Shown one piece after another: positions 9,953 to 20,088 of a DNA stretch of 64,000 nucleotides. Made by a program: the position numbers and the translations under genes. This DNA comes from Vicinamibacterales bacterium. GTDB taxonomy: Bacteria > Acidobacteriota > Vicinamibacteria > Vicinamibacterales > JAMQPK01. The stretch lies in NCBI GenBank assembly GCA_963811435.1, contig CAWERD010000007.1, forward strand, positions 1,079,096 through 1,143,095, in the 5' to 3' direction. Under the pieces are notes generated by a model. The model was given only the letters and a program-made list of their open reading frames with translations. It made no database searches and was not told the origin of the DNA. Every line of letters begins with the position of its first letter. Within the stretch, counting starts at the first letter, position 1.

Positions 9953-12271
9953 TTAGTGCGGGAATACCGTCCCGGGTTGGGTCCCGGCGATGAACGCCTC
10001 GTCGATGCCGGTCGTGCCCTCTCCAGCGACCTCGCCGCTCGCAGCGTTCACGGGCATGAAGACGATGTTGCCCGGTGCGACGAATTCCGGCGGGTTCTTC
10101 GGATCGCGGGTGGCGATGTACGCCTGCATGAACTCGATCCAGATGGGGAGCGCGGCGGCGGCGCCCGTCTCGTTGTGCCCGATCGGCTTTCTCTCGTCGT
10201 GGCCGACCCACACGCCGACGGTGATGTCGGGATCGAATCCGATGAACCACGCATCGCCGTAGTCATCGGTCGTCCCGGTTTTCCCACCCAGAGGCCAGCC
10301 GAGCTTGGCGGCCGATGCGGCGGTCCCGCGCTGCACGACCCCGCGCAGCAGATTCGTCATCACGAATGCCGTGTCGGCTCTGATCGCATCCTGCGGCTCG
10401 GGTCGCCCTTCCTCGAGGAGATTTCCTTCGCGGTCTGAAATCTTCTCAATGGAATACGGCCGCATGCGGACGCCGCCGTTCGGATACACCGAATACGCGG
10501 AGGTCATGTCGACGAGCGTCAGATCCGCGGCGCCGAGCGCCAGAGACAGGTACGGATCGAGTTTCGACTCGAGGCCCAGCCGTTTCGCATAGGCGATGAC
10601 CTGCTGCGGTCCCAGCGAATCCATCATCTTAACCGCGGGCACGTTGCGCGAGTGCTCGAGTGCGCGCCGAAGCGTCACGCCGCCTTCGTACTTCCCGTCG
10701 TAGTTTTTCGGCGAGTAAGGTGGCTGTCCAGGTCCCGCGTTGTAGGTGACCGGCTCGTCGATGATGACCGACGTAGGCGTGTACCCGCGATCGATGGCGG
10801 CCGTGTAGACGAACGGCTTGAACAGCGAGCCTACCTGGCGGCGCGCCTGCGTCGCGCGATTGAACTTGCTGCGATCGAAGCTGAAGCCCCCCACCATCGC
10901 GCGGATTTGCCCCGTCCGGTTGTCGATGGCGACCAGCGCGCCCTCGACGAGCGGCGACTGTTCGAGCGACACCGCGTCGATGCGGGACGACACCATCTTC
11001 GTCACGCGTACCTCGATCAGATCCCCGACCTTGAACACCGCCGGCGGTGCCCGCCGCGTCCAGGCGATGGCGTCGCCGCGAAGGTCAATGGCCTGATCGC
11101 CGATACGAATCCGTGCGCTCGCCGGCGACACGGCGGTCACGAGCGCCGGCACGATGTCATCCTCGGCGATTGCCTGTGTCCACCGATCGTGACGGTAACT
11201 CTCGATCGTGCGTCCCTGCGCCACGATATTCGGCTTGTCGCGACGATAACCCCTGCGTTTGTCGACCTGGCGAAGCCCGCGGTCGACGGCCTGATTGGCG
11301 GCGCGCTGTAAACGGATATCGACGCCAGTCTGTATTGACAGCCCGCCTTCATAGAGCGCCTTGGCGCCGTACTTCTGCTCGAGGTACTTGCGTACCTCTT
11401 CGGTGAAGAACGGAGCGACCGATCGGACCGGCTGCGGTTGCCCGCGTGTCACGATCGGCTTCTTCTTGGCTTCGTCGGCCTGTTCCTGCGTGATGTACCC
11501 GTTTTCGGCCATCTCCTGCAGCGTGTAATCGCGCTTGAACTTGGCCGCTCCGCGATTGACGTACGGGCTCTGGCGTGCCGGCGACTGGATGATGCCGGCA
11601 ATCATCGCGGCCTCTTCGAGCGTGACGTCTTTCGCGCGCTTGCCAAAGTACAGACGCGCGGCCGCTTCGACGCCGTTCGTGCCGTGGCCGAAGTGCGTCT
11701 GGTTGCAGTAGAAGGTCAGAATCTCGCGCTTGGTGTAGCGCTTCTCGATCTGAATCGCGACGAGGATCTCTTTGATCTTCCGCTCAGGGCTCTTGTCGCC
11801 GCGGACGAAGCCAATTTCCTCGGCAAAGAGGTCGCGCGCGAGCTGCATCGTCAGCGTGCTGGCACCCGCGACGATGCGCCGCCGGACGATGTCGCTGCCG
11901 AGGCGGATGAGCAGTGCCGGCACGCTGAGACCGAAGTGGTTGTTGAAGTCTTTGTCCTCAGCCGAAATGATCGCGTTGCGCAGGTGCGGTGAGATGTCTT
12001 CGTATGGAATGACGAGGCGCCGCTCGATCGCGAACTCCCCGAGCGTCTCTCCATTCGACGCGTAGACGCGCGTAATTGCGCTCGGTGCGTAATCGTCCAG
12101 CCCCGAGATGAGGGGCAGATCGCCCGCATAGGCGAACATCACGCCGCTCAAGATCCCCAGCATTGCCACCGCGATAAAGAGCGCCGCAAGGCCGGCATGG
12201 CCGGCGAACCGGATGACGTAGGTCTTGGCAGACTTGTGTGATGACGGCGGAGGGGTCGACTTACTCGACAT
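9953..12271 (-). CDS. mrcA: Class A penicillin-binding protein 1A (transglycosylase/transpeptidase)
   Basis: ORF 9953..12292. GT51 motifs: AIISAEDKDFNNHFG, GASTLTMQLARDL. Transpeptidase motifs: SLFKP (SxxK), SRN, KTGTT. The ATG at 12271 (MSSKSTPP..) is preferred over the TTG at 12292. Confidence 0.9.
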   Translation of the reverse strand: MSSKSTPPPSSHKSAKTYVIRFAGHAGLAALFIAVAMLGILSGVMFAYAGDLPLISGLDDYAPSAITRVYASNGETLGEFAIERRLVIPYEDISPHLRNAIISAEDKDFNNHFGLSVPALLIRLGSDIVRRRIVAGASTLTMQLARDLFAEEIGFVRGDKSPERKIKEILVAIQIEKRYTKREILTFYCNQTHFGHGTNGVEAAARLYFGKRAKDVTLEEAAMIAGIIQSPARQSPYVNRGAAKFKRDYTLQEMAENGYITQEQADEAKKKPIVTRGQPQPVRSVAPFFTEEVRKYLEQKYGAKALYEGGLSIQTGVDIRLQRAANQAVDRGLRQVDKRRGYRRDKPNIVAQGRTIESYRHDRWTQAIAEDDIVPALVTAVSPASARIRIGDQAIDLRGDAIAWTRRAPPAVFKVGDLIEVRVTKMVSSRIDAVSLEQSPLVEGALVAIDNRTGQIRAMVGGFSFDRSKFNRATQARRQVGSLFKPFVYTAAIDRGYTPTSVIIDEPVTYNAGPGQPPYSPKNYDGKYEGGVTLRRALEHSRNVPAVKMMDSLGPQQVIAYAKRLGLESKLDPYLSLALGAADLTLVDMTSAYSVYPNGGVRMRPYSIEKISDREGNLLEEGRPEPQDAIRADTAFVMTNLLRGVVQRGTAASAAKLGWPLGGKTGTTDDYGDAWFIGFDPDITVGVWVGHDERKPIGHNETGAAAALPIWIEFMQAYIATRDPKNPPEFVAPGNIVFMPVNAASGEVAGEGTTGIDEAFIAGTQPGTVFPH

Positions 12272-12320
12272 CTGGAGGTCCCATTGTATCAAGAACTTGC
12301 GGGGTTAGCAGGGTATAGCC

Positions 12321-12349
12321 TTTACAGTAGCAGACTCACATTTCATAAT
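12321..12349 (+). promoter_or_regulatory. Candidate sigma-70 promoter of dnaK operon
   Basis: TTTACA (12321..12326), a 17-nt spacer, then CATAAT (12344..12349). A GAGGA ribosome-binding site lies about 8 nt before the ATG at 12402. Confidence 0.4.
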
Positions 12350-12401
12350 TAGGAGAGCCTAAAGCCCGATTCCAGAACTCATTCGTGCGAGGAACTCCAG
12401 T

Positions 12402-14327
<1,926 letters not shown>

Positions 14328-14340
14328 GCTGCCGGCTGCG

Positions 14341-14365
14341 GGCTCCGGGCTTCCGGCCCGGAGCC
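14341..14365 (+). terminator. GC-rich hairpin between dnaK and dnaJ (possible attenuator/processing site)
   Basis: The stem ggctccgggc (14341..14350) pairs perfectly over 10 bp with gcccggagcc (14356..14365), with loop ttccg. There is no U-tract, so it may be a stabiliser or attenuator rather than a full terminator. Confidence 0.35.
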
Positions 14366-14389
14366 TGGCGCCCGGAGTCTGACGCGGGT

Positions 14390-15484
14390 ATGGACCTCTA
14401 CGAACTCCTCGGGATTGCGCGTGGGGCGACGCTTATCGACATCAAGCGTTCCTACAGGCGACTTGCGCGGAAGTATCACCCGGACATCAATCCGGGTGAT
14501 AACGCCGCGGAAGCGCATTTCAAGGAGATCACGCGCGCGTACCAGACGTTGAGCGATCCGGAGCGCCGCCTGCGGTACGACGCGGGCGCGCTCTCGTCCT
14601 CGTCGAGCTCGGTGACCTTCGAGTTCGAAGGCTTCGACTTCACGGGTGGAGCGGTGCACAGCGACGGCACGACGTTCGGTGACCTGTTCGCGGAGGTCTT
14701 CACGCAGCGGCAGGATATTTCGTCCGCCGAGCCGATGCGCGGAGCGGATCTGTACGCCTCGATCGCGCTGAGATTCGACGAGGCCATGCGCGGCACCGAG
14801 CGGCAGATGACGCTGACGCGCCGCGACAGGTGTCAGACGTGCCGCGGGGCCGGGGTGTTGAACATCGCCGAGGCGCGCTGCCATCGCTGCCAGGGGACGG
14901 GCATGATTCGCTCGCGCCGCGGCAGCATGGTTTTTTCGAAAAGCTGTGAGGCGTGCGGCGGCTCCGGACGGCTGGCCCAGACCGCCTGTGGACGATGTGC
15001 CGGGCTTGGCGTCGAAATGCGCACCGAGACGATCACGGTCCGCATTCCAGCAGGCGTCCCCGACGGGGCGCGTATTCGCGTACCGGAAAAGGGGAACGTG
15101 GGCGAGCGGGGCGGCGATGCGGGCGATCTCTTCATTACCGTACAGGTGGAGGCGCACGAGACCTTTCAGCGCGAGGGAGACGATTTCCACATCACCGTCG
15201 CGATCGGCGTCCACGAGGCGGCGCTGGGCGCAAAGATTGACGTGCCGGCGCCCGATGGCACCGCGCGTCTTCGTGTGCCGCCGGGCACGCAGACCGGACA
15301 GCGGTTTCACATCCGGGGGCGCGGGGCGCCGTCGCCACGCAACGGCGATCGGGGCGATCTGGTGGTCGAAGTGAAGATTGTCCTGCCACGGACGCTCGAC
15401 GAGCGCTCCAAGGAGCTGCTCCGCGAGTTCGGCACCATTAATGTCTTGGACCGGGCGCCGATCAAGGTCGAGGGACGCGACTAG
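14390..15484 (+). CDS. dnaJ: Molecular chaperone DnaJ
   Basis: 364 aa. J domain: YELLGI, KYHPD. Four CxxCxGxG zinc-finger repeats: CQTCRGAG, CHRCQGTG, CEACGGSG, CGRCAGLG. Confidence 0.95.
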   Translation: MDLYELLGIARGATLIDIKRSYRRLARKYHPDINPGDNAAEAHFKEITRAYQTLSDPERRLRYDAGALSSSSSSVTFEFEGFDFTGGAVHSDGTTFGDLFAEVFTQRQDISSAEPMRGADLYASIALRFDEAMRGTERQMTLTRRDRCQTCRGAGVLNIAEARCHRCQGTGMIRSRRGSMVFSKSCEACGGSGRLAQTACGRCAGLGVEMRTETITVRIPAGVPDGARIRVPEKGNVGERGGDAGDLFITVQVEAHETFQREGDDFHITVAIGVHEAALGAKIDVPAPDGTARLRVPPGTQTGQRFHIRGRGAPSPRNGDRGDLVVEVKIVLPRTLDERSKELLREFGTINVLDRAPIKVEGRD

Positions 15485-15486
15485 GA

Positions 15487-15918
15487 ATGGCCGTCAAAAA
15501 AACGGGCAAAGCCTATTACATGATCAGCGCGGTGGCGCAGAAGTACAACATCCACCCGCAGACGTTGCGCCTGTACGAGCGCGAAGGACTTCTGAAGCCA
15601 TCGCGCACCGACGGCAACACACGGCTGTATTCGGAAGAAGATCTCGAGCAGCTCGAGACCATCCTGACGCTGACGAGAGATCTCGGCGTGAATCTTGCCG
15701 GCGTCGAGGTGATCCTCAATATGCGGCGCAAGATTCAGCTGATGCAGGGCGAAGTGAACGAGTTCATGGAGTACGTCAAGCGCGAACTCGCCCGCGGCAT
15801 CGACGACTGGGAGCAACGGCTCAGCACCGCGCTCGTGAAATCGACCTCGACCGATCTCGTCCGCGCGAATCCTTCTTCCAACAGTCCGGCCTCGGCGTCA
15901 AAAAAACACGCGCGCTGA
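15487..15918 (+). CDS. hspR: MerR-family heat-shock repressor HspR
   Basis: 143 aa with YMISAVAQKYNIHPQTLRLYEREGLLKPSRTDGNTRLYSEEDLEQLETI. It lies immediately downstream of dnaK-dnaJ, as in actinobacterial and other HspR operons. Confidence 0.85.
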   Translation: MAVKKTGKAYYMISAVAQKYNIHPQTLRLYEREGLLKPSRTDGNTRLYSEEDLEQLETILTLTRDLGVNLAGVEVILNMRRKIQLMQGEVNEFMEYVKRELARGIDDWEQRLSTALVKSTSTDLVRANPSSNSPASASKKHAR

Positions 15919-15942
15919 AAAAACTTCGCGCTATCATGTTGC

Positions 15943-16833
15943 GTGCTTCCCCCGGTGCAGAACAACAGCGCGTGCCCACTCTGCAACGGCACCGGTTGGA
16001 AATCTTTTCAGGATGGTGAGGTCGAGCGCGTGACGCGCTGCGACTGCTGGCGCGAGAACGTCAACAAGCGCCTCATCACCGAATCGCGCATTCCACGGCG
16101 CTATCACCATTGCACGCTCAACGACTTCGTCACCTACGACAACGACACGCTCGACGACGCGCTGAGCCGCGCGCGCACGATGGCCGACAAGTTTCCTGTC
16201 GTCAATCGCGGGCTGTTCTTTGTCGGCGATCCCGGCGTGGGGAAGACACACCTTGCCGTGGCGGTTCTCAAGCAGGTCATCCTCACGCGGGGCGCGCGCG
16301 GCATCTTCTACGACACGCGCGATCTGTTGAAGCTGATTCGCGGGACGTACAACAACGAGGTCAAAACCACCGAGCTCGACGTGCTGAGGCCGGTGATGGA
16401 GGCCGATCTGCTCGTCCTCGACGACCTTGGCGCGGAAAAGACGTCGGAATGGGTCGAAGAAACGCTGAATCTCATCGTCAATACCCGTTACAACGAGCGG
16501 CGTGCCACGATTTTCACGTCGAACTACCCGGATTTGCCGCCCGACACCAATCCGGCCGTCATCACGCTGCACGATCGGATTGGCTTCCGCATGCGATCGC
16601 GGCTGCACGAGATGTGCGATTTTCTCGACCTCGAGGGCGCCGACTATCGCATGCTGCTGCCGAACGAAGGCGTGGCGGCGCTGAAGCGGAACCATGAAGA
16701 GCGGCGCATGCGCGGAAAGCTCGACCAGGTCAGCCGTACCAATCGCCAGCTCAAGGCCCAGCTCCGTGGCGACGGCAAAGCCGACCTAAAATGGTCGGGT
16801 GGCAGAGCGGGATCGAACCGAACCAATCCCTAA
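15943..16833 (+). CDS. DnaC/IstB-like AAA+ ATPase with N-terminal CxxC zinc ribbon
   Basis: 296 aa. CPLCNGTGW..RCDCW zinc ribbon, Walker A GDPGVGKTHLAVA, Walker B LLVLDDLG. There is no adjacent IstA transposase or terminal repeats, so a helicase-loader-like role is favoured. Confidence 0.75.
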   Translation: MLPPVQNNSACPLCNGTGWKSFQDGEVERVTRCDCWRENVNKRLITESRIPRRYHHCTLNDFVTYDNDTLDDALSRARTMADKFPVVNRGLFFVGDPGVGKTHLAVAVLKQVILTRGARGIFYDTRDLLKLIRGTYNNEVKTTELDVLRPVMEADLLVLDDLGAEKTSEWVEETLNLIVNTRYNERRATIFTSNYPDLPPDTNPAVITLHDRIGFRMRSRLHEMCDFLDLEGADYRMLLPNEGVAALKRNHEERRMRGKLDQVSRTNRQLKAQLRGDGKADLKWSGGRAGSNRTNP

Positions 16834-17978
16834 TCACGAATCCCCAATCCCCGGGGTTTCACCGGGACTCTACGTCCACGTTCCGTTCTGCAGCGCCATC
16901 TGCAACTACTGCAACTTCAATCGAGGCCTGTACGACGAGGCGCTGAAGACGCGCTTTGTGGGAGCGCTCTTGCAGGAGATGAAGGGGTCGGGAGCCCCCT
17001 TTTTCCCGCGACACGCTGTACTTTGGCGGTGGGACGCCGTCGCTGCTCGCAGCCGCAGACGTCGAATCCATTGTGAACGAGGCGCGGCAGTCGCTGGGGC
17101 TCGCCATGGGGGCCGAGATCACCCTCGAAGCCAACCCCGAGACGGTGAGTGCAGAAAGTCTGGAACATTTTCGCCGGGCCGGTGTCAATCGTCTGAGCTT
17201 CGGAGTCCAGTCGTTCCAGGACGCGGAGCTGAAGCGGCTCGGAAGACTCCATTCGGCCGAGCGGGCGGTCGACGCCGTCAGGATGGCGAGAAACGCCGGG
17301 TTCGACAACGTCAGCATCGACCTCATGATGTGGCTGCCCGGGCAGGACGTCCCGCAGTGGCTGGCATCGGTCGACGAGGCGATTCGCGTCGCACCCGATC
17401 ACCTCTCGCTCTACATTCTCGAGGTCTATCCGCATCTCCCGCTCAAGCAGGAGATTGACCGGTTCGGGTGGACACAGGAATCGGATGAAGGTGCCGCCGA
17501 GATGTACGAATCAGCGATGGCGATGCTCGACACGGCCGGGTACGAGCAATACGAGATTTCCAACGTGTGCAGGCCGGGCCTCGAGTCGCGGCACAACCTC
17601 AAGTACTGGACCGATGGCGACTGGCTGGGCTTCGGGCCGGGTGCGCATTCGACGTGGCGGGGCACACGGTGGCGTAACATCGCGTCGACGGAAGACTACA
17701 TCCAGAAAATTGTGGCGGGCCTCACGGTCACGGCCGAACGCCGCGGCCTGTCGTGGGACGAGCGCCTCGGGGATGCATTGTTCACGGGACTTCGCCTGAC
17801 GAGCGGTGTCGACATCGAAATCATGTCGAAACGCTATGGCATCGATGTCTGGCAGAGATTTGGCAATCGGTTGATGCCGTATCTCGACGCGGGCATCCTG
17901 TTGAGACGGGATGACCGCTTGAGATTGACCCGGACGGGCATGCTGCTGGCCAACGAAGTGATGTCGGTATTCGTTTAG
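16799..17978 (+). CDS. hemW: Radical SAM heme chaperone HemW / oxygen-independent coproporphyrinogen oxidase-like (frameshift near 16990-17010 in a C5T5 run; start uncertain)
   Basis: LYVHVPFCSAICNYCNF (CxxxCxxC) lies in ORF 16799... DTLYFGGGTPSLL..EITLEANPETV..RLSFGVQSF lies in ORF 17073..17978. Confidence 0.75.
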
Positions 17979-18041
17979 ACTTGAGTTTGCGTGGCGTACC
18001 GGCTAAATATTAAGCCCCCGTTCGTCAACAAGGAGGAGTGA

Positions 18042-18476
18042 ATGCGAGCAATTATCCTGGCTCTCGCCGTCTTGGCTTTCACCGCCGTGAATGTCCATGC
18101 GCAGACGCCGAACGCCCGCGTCTTTAGCGGCGGCGCCGGACTCATTCTCTACACCATCAAGCCTGGCAGCACGGCCGATTTCGAGATGGTGTTGAATAAG
18201 ACCAAAGAAGCGCTGATGAAGAGCGAAAAGCCCGATCGCAAACAGCAGGCGGCTTCATGGCGCGTGTACAAGTCGGATGCGGCCGCGGCGAATGGCAACG
18301 TCACCTACGTGATGATCATCGATCCGGCCGTCAAGGACGCCGATTACAACATCGTCAACATCCTCAACGAAGCATTTCCGGCAGAGATTCAGGCCCTCTT
18401 CAAGGCGTATACCGAAGCCTTTGCAAGCGGGTTGATTCCCATTAACCTCCTGCCGGTTGTCGACTACGCGAAATAA
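18042..18476 (+). CDS. Secreted hypothetical protein
   Basis: 144 aa with a clear signal peptide, MRAIILALAVLAFTAVNVHAQ. I recognise no motif. Confidence 0.55.
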   Translation: MRAIILALAVLAFTAVNVHAQTPNARVFSGGAGLILYTIKPGSTADFEMVLNKTKEALMKSEKPDRKQQAASWRVYKSDAAAANGNVTYVMIIDPAVKDADYNIVNILNEAFPAEIQALFKAYTEAFASGLIPINLLPVVDYAK

Positions 18477-18478
18477 GG

Positions 18479-18622
18479 ATTGAGAGCTTAGGGCTGAGAG
18501 CTTAGGGCTGAGGGCTGCGTGAACCTCGAGCCCTGAGCACTTAGCCCTGAGCCCTAACCCTCAGTCCTCGACACTCTCTAAGCCCTCAGCCCTCAGCCCT
18601 CAGCCCTCAGCTCTAAGCCCTA
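18479..18622. repeat. Inverted arrays of GGGCTNA heptamers (long imperfect hairpin) between convergent genes
   Basis: The left arm is ttgagagcttagggctgagagcttagggctgagggctg. The right arm is ..taagccctcagccctcagccctcagccctcagctctaagccctaa. It abuts the stop codons of both flanking genes. Confidence 0.85.
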
Positions 18623-19099
18623 AAAGGCCAGGTTCACACCCGCGTACAAGCGCTGCACGGTCGAGTGCCGCGGGTTGCCCATCAGGCTGAAGACGCGATA
18701 GTCGACGCGTGCGCGGAGAGGACCGGCCAGATTGATTTTCGCGCCGCCGCCGTTGTTCAGGAGAAAGGCTGTTTCCTGATCGTTTCCGAGGCGCTCGCGA
18801 TAGACGCCCCCGCCGGTGGTCAGATAGAGCTGAAAGCCGGGCAGGCCGAACGTCTGAAGGAAGGCGTTGCCTGAGGTTGTGCGAAGCGACGGCGTCAGCG
18901 TCGACTGATCTTCCGACGAGCTGCCGTATTCGAACTCGAAGCCGACAATGAGCAGGCTGACGCCGAAGGCGAAGCCGCGGACGACCGAGCGATTCTCGCC
19001 GGCAGAGTTCCGGCCGATGAACGCGGTGAGATCTGCGTGAGCCGTCGAGGGCGCGAGGACAATCAGCGCGAGCGCGAGGATAGCAAGTCGCATTCTCAT
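18620..19099 (-). CDS. Small outer-membrane beta-barrel protein (OmpW/OmpX-like size class)
   Basis: 159 aa with signal peptide MRMRLAILALALIVLAPSTAHA. It shows alternating hydrophobic beta-strand patterning and a C-terminal YAGVNLAF ending in Phe, a typical OMP beta-signal. Confidence 0.7.
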   Translation of the reverse strand: MRMRLAILALALIVLAPSTAHADLTAFIGRNSAGENRSVVRGFAFGVSLLIVGFEFEYGSSSEDQSTLTPSLRTTSGNAFLQTFGLPGFQLYLTTGGGVYRERLGNDQETAFLLNNGGGAKINLAGPLRARVDYRVFSLMGNPRHSTVQRLYAGVNLAF

Positions 19100-19107
19100 A
19101 GCTCACA

Positions 19108-20088
19108 TTGTACCAGTCCTGTTGTGGAGTACAAGCCCGTGATAAATTCCGCAGGTTGTCTGCTCTCTCAGATTCCATCGTTGCGGGCGATCCGCGGGGT
19201 ATCGCACGCGGAATCTCGCTTGTCGAGAATGGCACGGACGAAGGGCCGGCGCTCGTCCGCGATCTGTTTGCCCGCTCGGGTCGCGCGTTTCTCGTTGGTG
19301 TCACCGGCGCACCGGGCGCAGGCAAGAGCACCCTGGTTGATGGACTGGTCACCCGTTGGCGTCAGGCCGGCAAGAGTGTGGGGGTGATTGCCGTCGATCC
19401 CACGAGCCCGTTCACCGGTGGAGCGATGCTCGGCGACCGCGTCCGCATGCAGGCGCACGCGCAGGACACAGGTGTCTTCATCCGCAGCATGGCGACGCGC
19501 GGACACCTCGGGGGACTGGCGCGGGCAACGGCCGACGCGGCGCTGGTGCTCGACGCGGCCGGCAAGGATTTTGTTGCCATCGAAACGGTCGGCGTCGGGC
19601 AGGATGAAGTCGAGATCGCGCGCACAGCCGATGTCTCGATCGTCGTGCTCGTGCCAGGGATGGGTGATGATGTGCAGGCGCTCAAGGCGGGCGTGATGGA
19701 GATTGCCGACATCTTCGTCGTGAACAAGGCCGACCGCGAGGGCGCAGATCGAACGATGGCCGAAGTCGAGTCGCTCCTCGGCCTCCATACCTACAACGAC
19801 GGGGAATGGCGTCCTCCGATCGTGCGGACGCAGGCGACAACCGGCGACGGGCTCGATGCGCTCGTCGAGACCATCGCGCGATTTCGCGAGCAGACCCACG
19901 AGGTCGACTCGCGCCGGCGCGGGCGCGCCGAAGCGCAGCTGCGGTCGATCGTGGCCGCGAAGCTTCTGCAGCAGGTGGAATCGCGCGTGTCCGCGATCGA
20001 AATGAAGGCGTTGATCGATCGGATTGCGGCGCGAAGCATCGATCCGTATTCGGCGGCCGGTGAACTTCTGGGCGGAGAGCGCGCGTGA
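19108..20088 (+). CDS. meaB: Methylmalonyl-CoA mutase-associated GTPase MeaB (ArgK family)
   Basis: 326 aa. P-loop GVTGAPGAGKSTLV, plus VIAVDPTSPFTGGAMLGD and NKADR. An alternative start is the TTG at 19156. Confidence 0.85.
   Translation: MYQSCCGVQARDKFRRLSALSDSIVAGDPRGIARGISLVENGTDEGPALVRDLFARSGRAFLVGVTGAPGAGKSTLVDGLVTRWRQAGKSVGVIAVDPTSPFTGGAMLGDRVRMQAHAQDTGVFIRSMATRGHLGGLARATADAALVLDAAGKDFVAIETVGVGQDEVEIARTADVSIVVLVPGMGDDVQALKAGVMEIADIFVVNKADREGADRTMAEVESLLGLHTYNDGEWRPPIVRTQATTGDGLDALVETIARFREQTHEVDSRRRGRAEAQLRSIVAAKLLQQVESRVSAIEMKALIDRIAARSIDPYSAAGELLGGERA

Noticed and set aside
12272-12401. HspR operator (HAIR, CTTGAGT-N7-ACTCAAG) or CIRCE element upstream of dnaK.
   Set aside because: Only weak half-site-like words are present (gACTCAc, TTAGCAggg) and no inverted partner. 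The exact ACTCAAG at 49148 is just the loop region of a REP hairpin. I could not support an operator call.
15943-16833. IstB-like ATPase as the helper gene of an IS21-family element.
   Set aside because: There is no IstA transposase ORF and no terminal inverted repeats. An N-terminal zinc ribbon is present, and the gene sits in a dnaK-dnaJ-hspR housekeeping context. It is more consistent with a DnaC/DnaI-type loader or a related housekeeping ATPase.
18479-18622. Telomere-like TTAGGG repeats.
   Set aside because: The unit is a 7-mer (TTAGGGC/TGAGGGC) in two inverted arms inside a bacterial intergenic spacer flanked by normal genes. The resemblance to TTAGGG is superficial.
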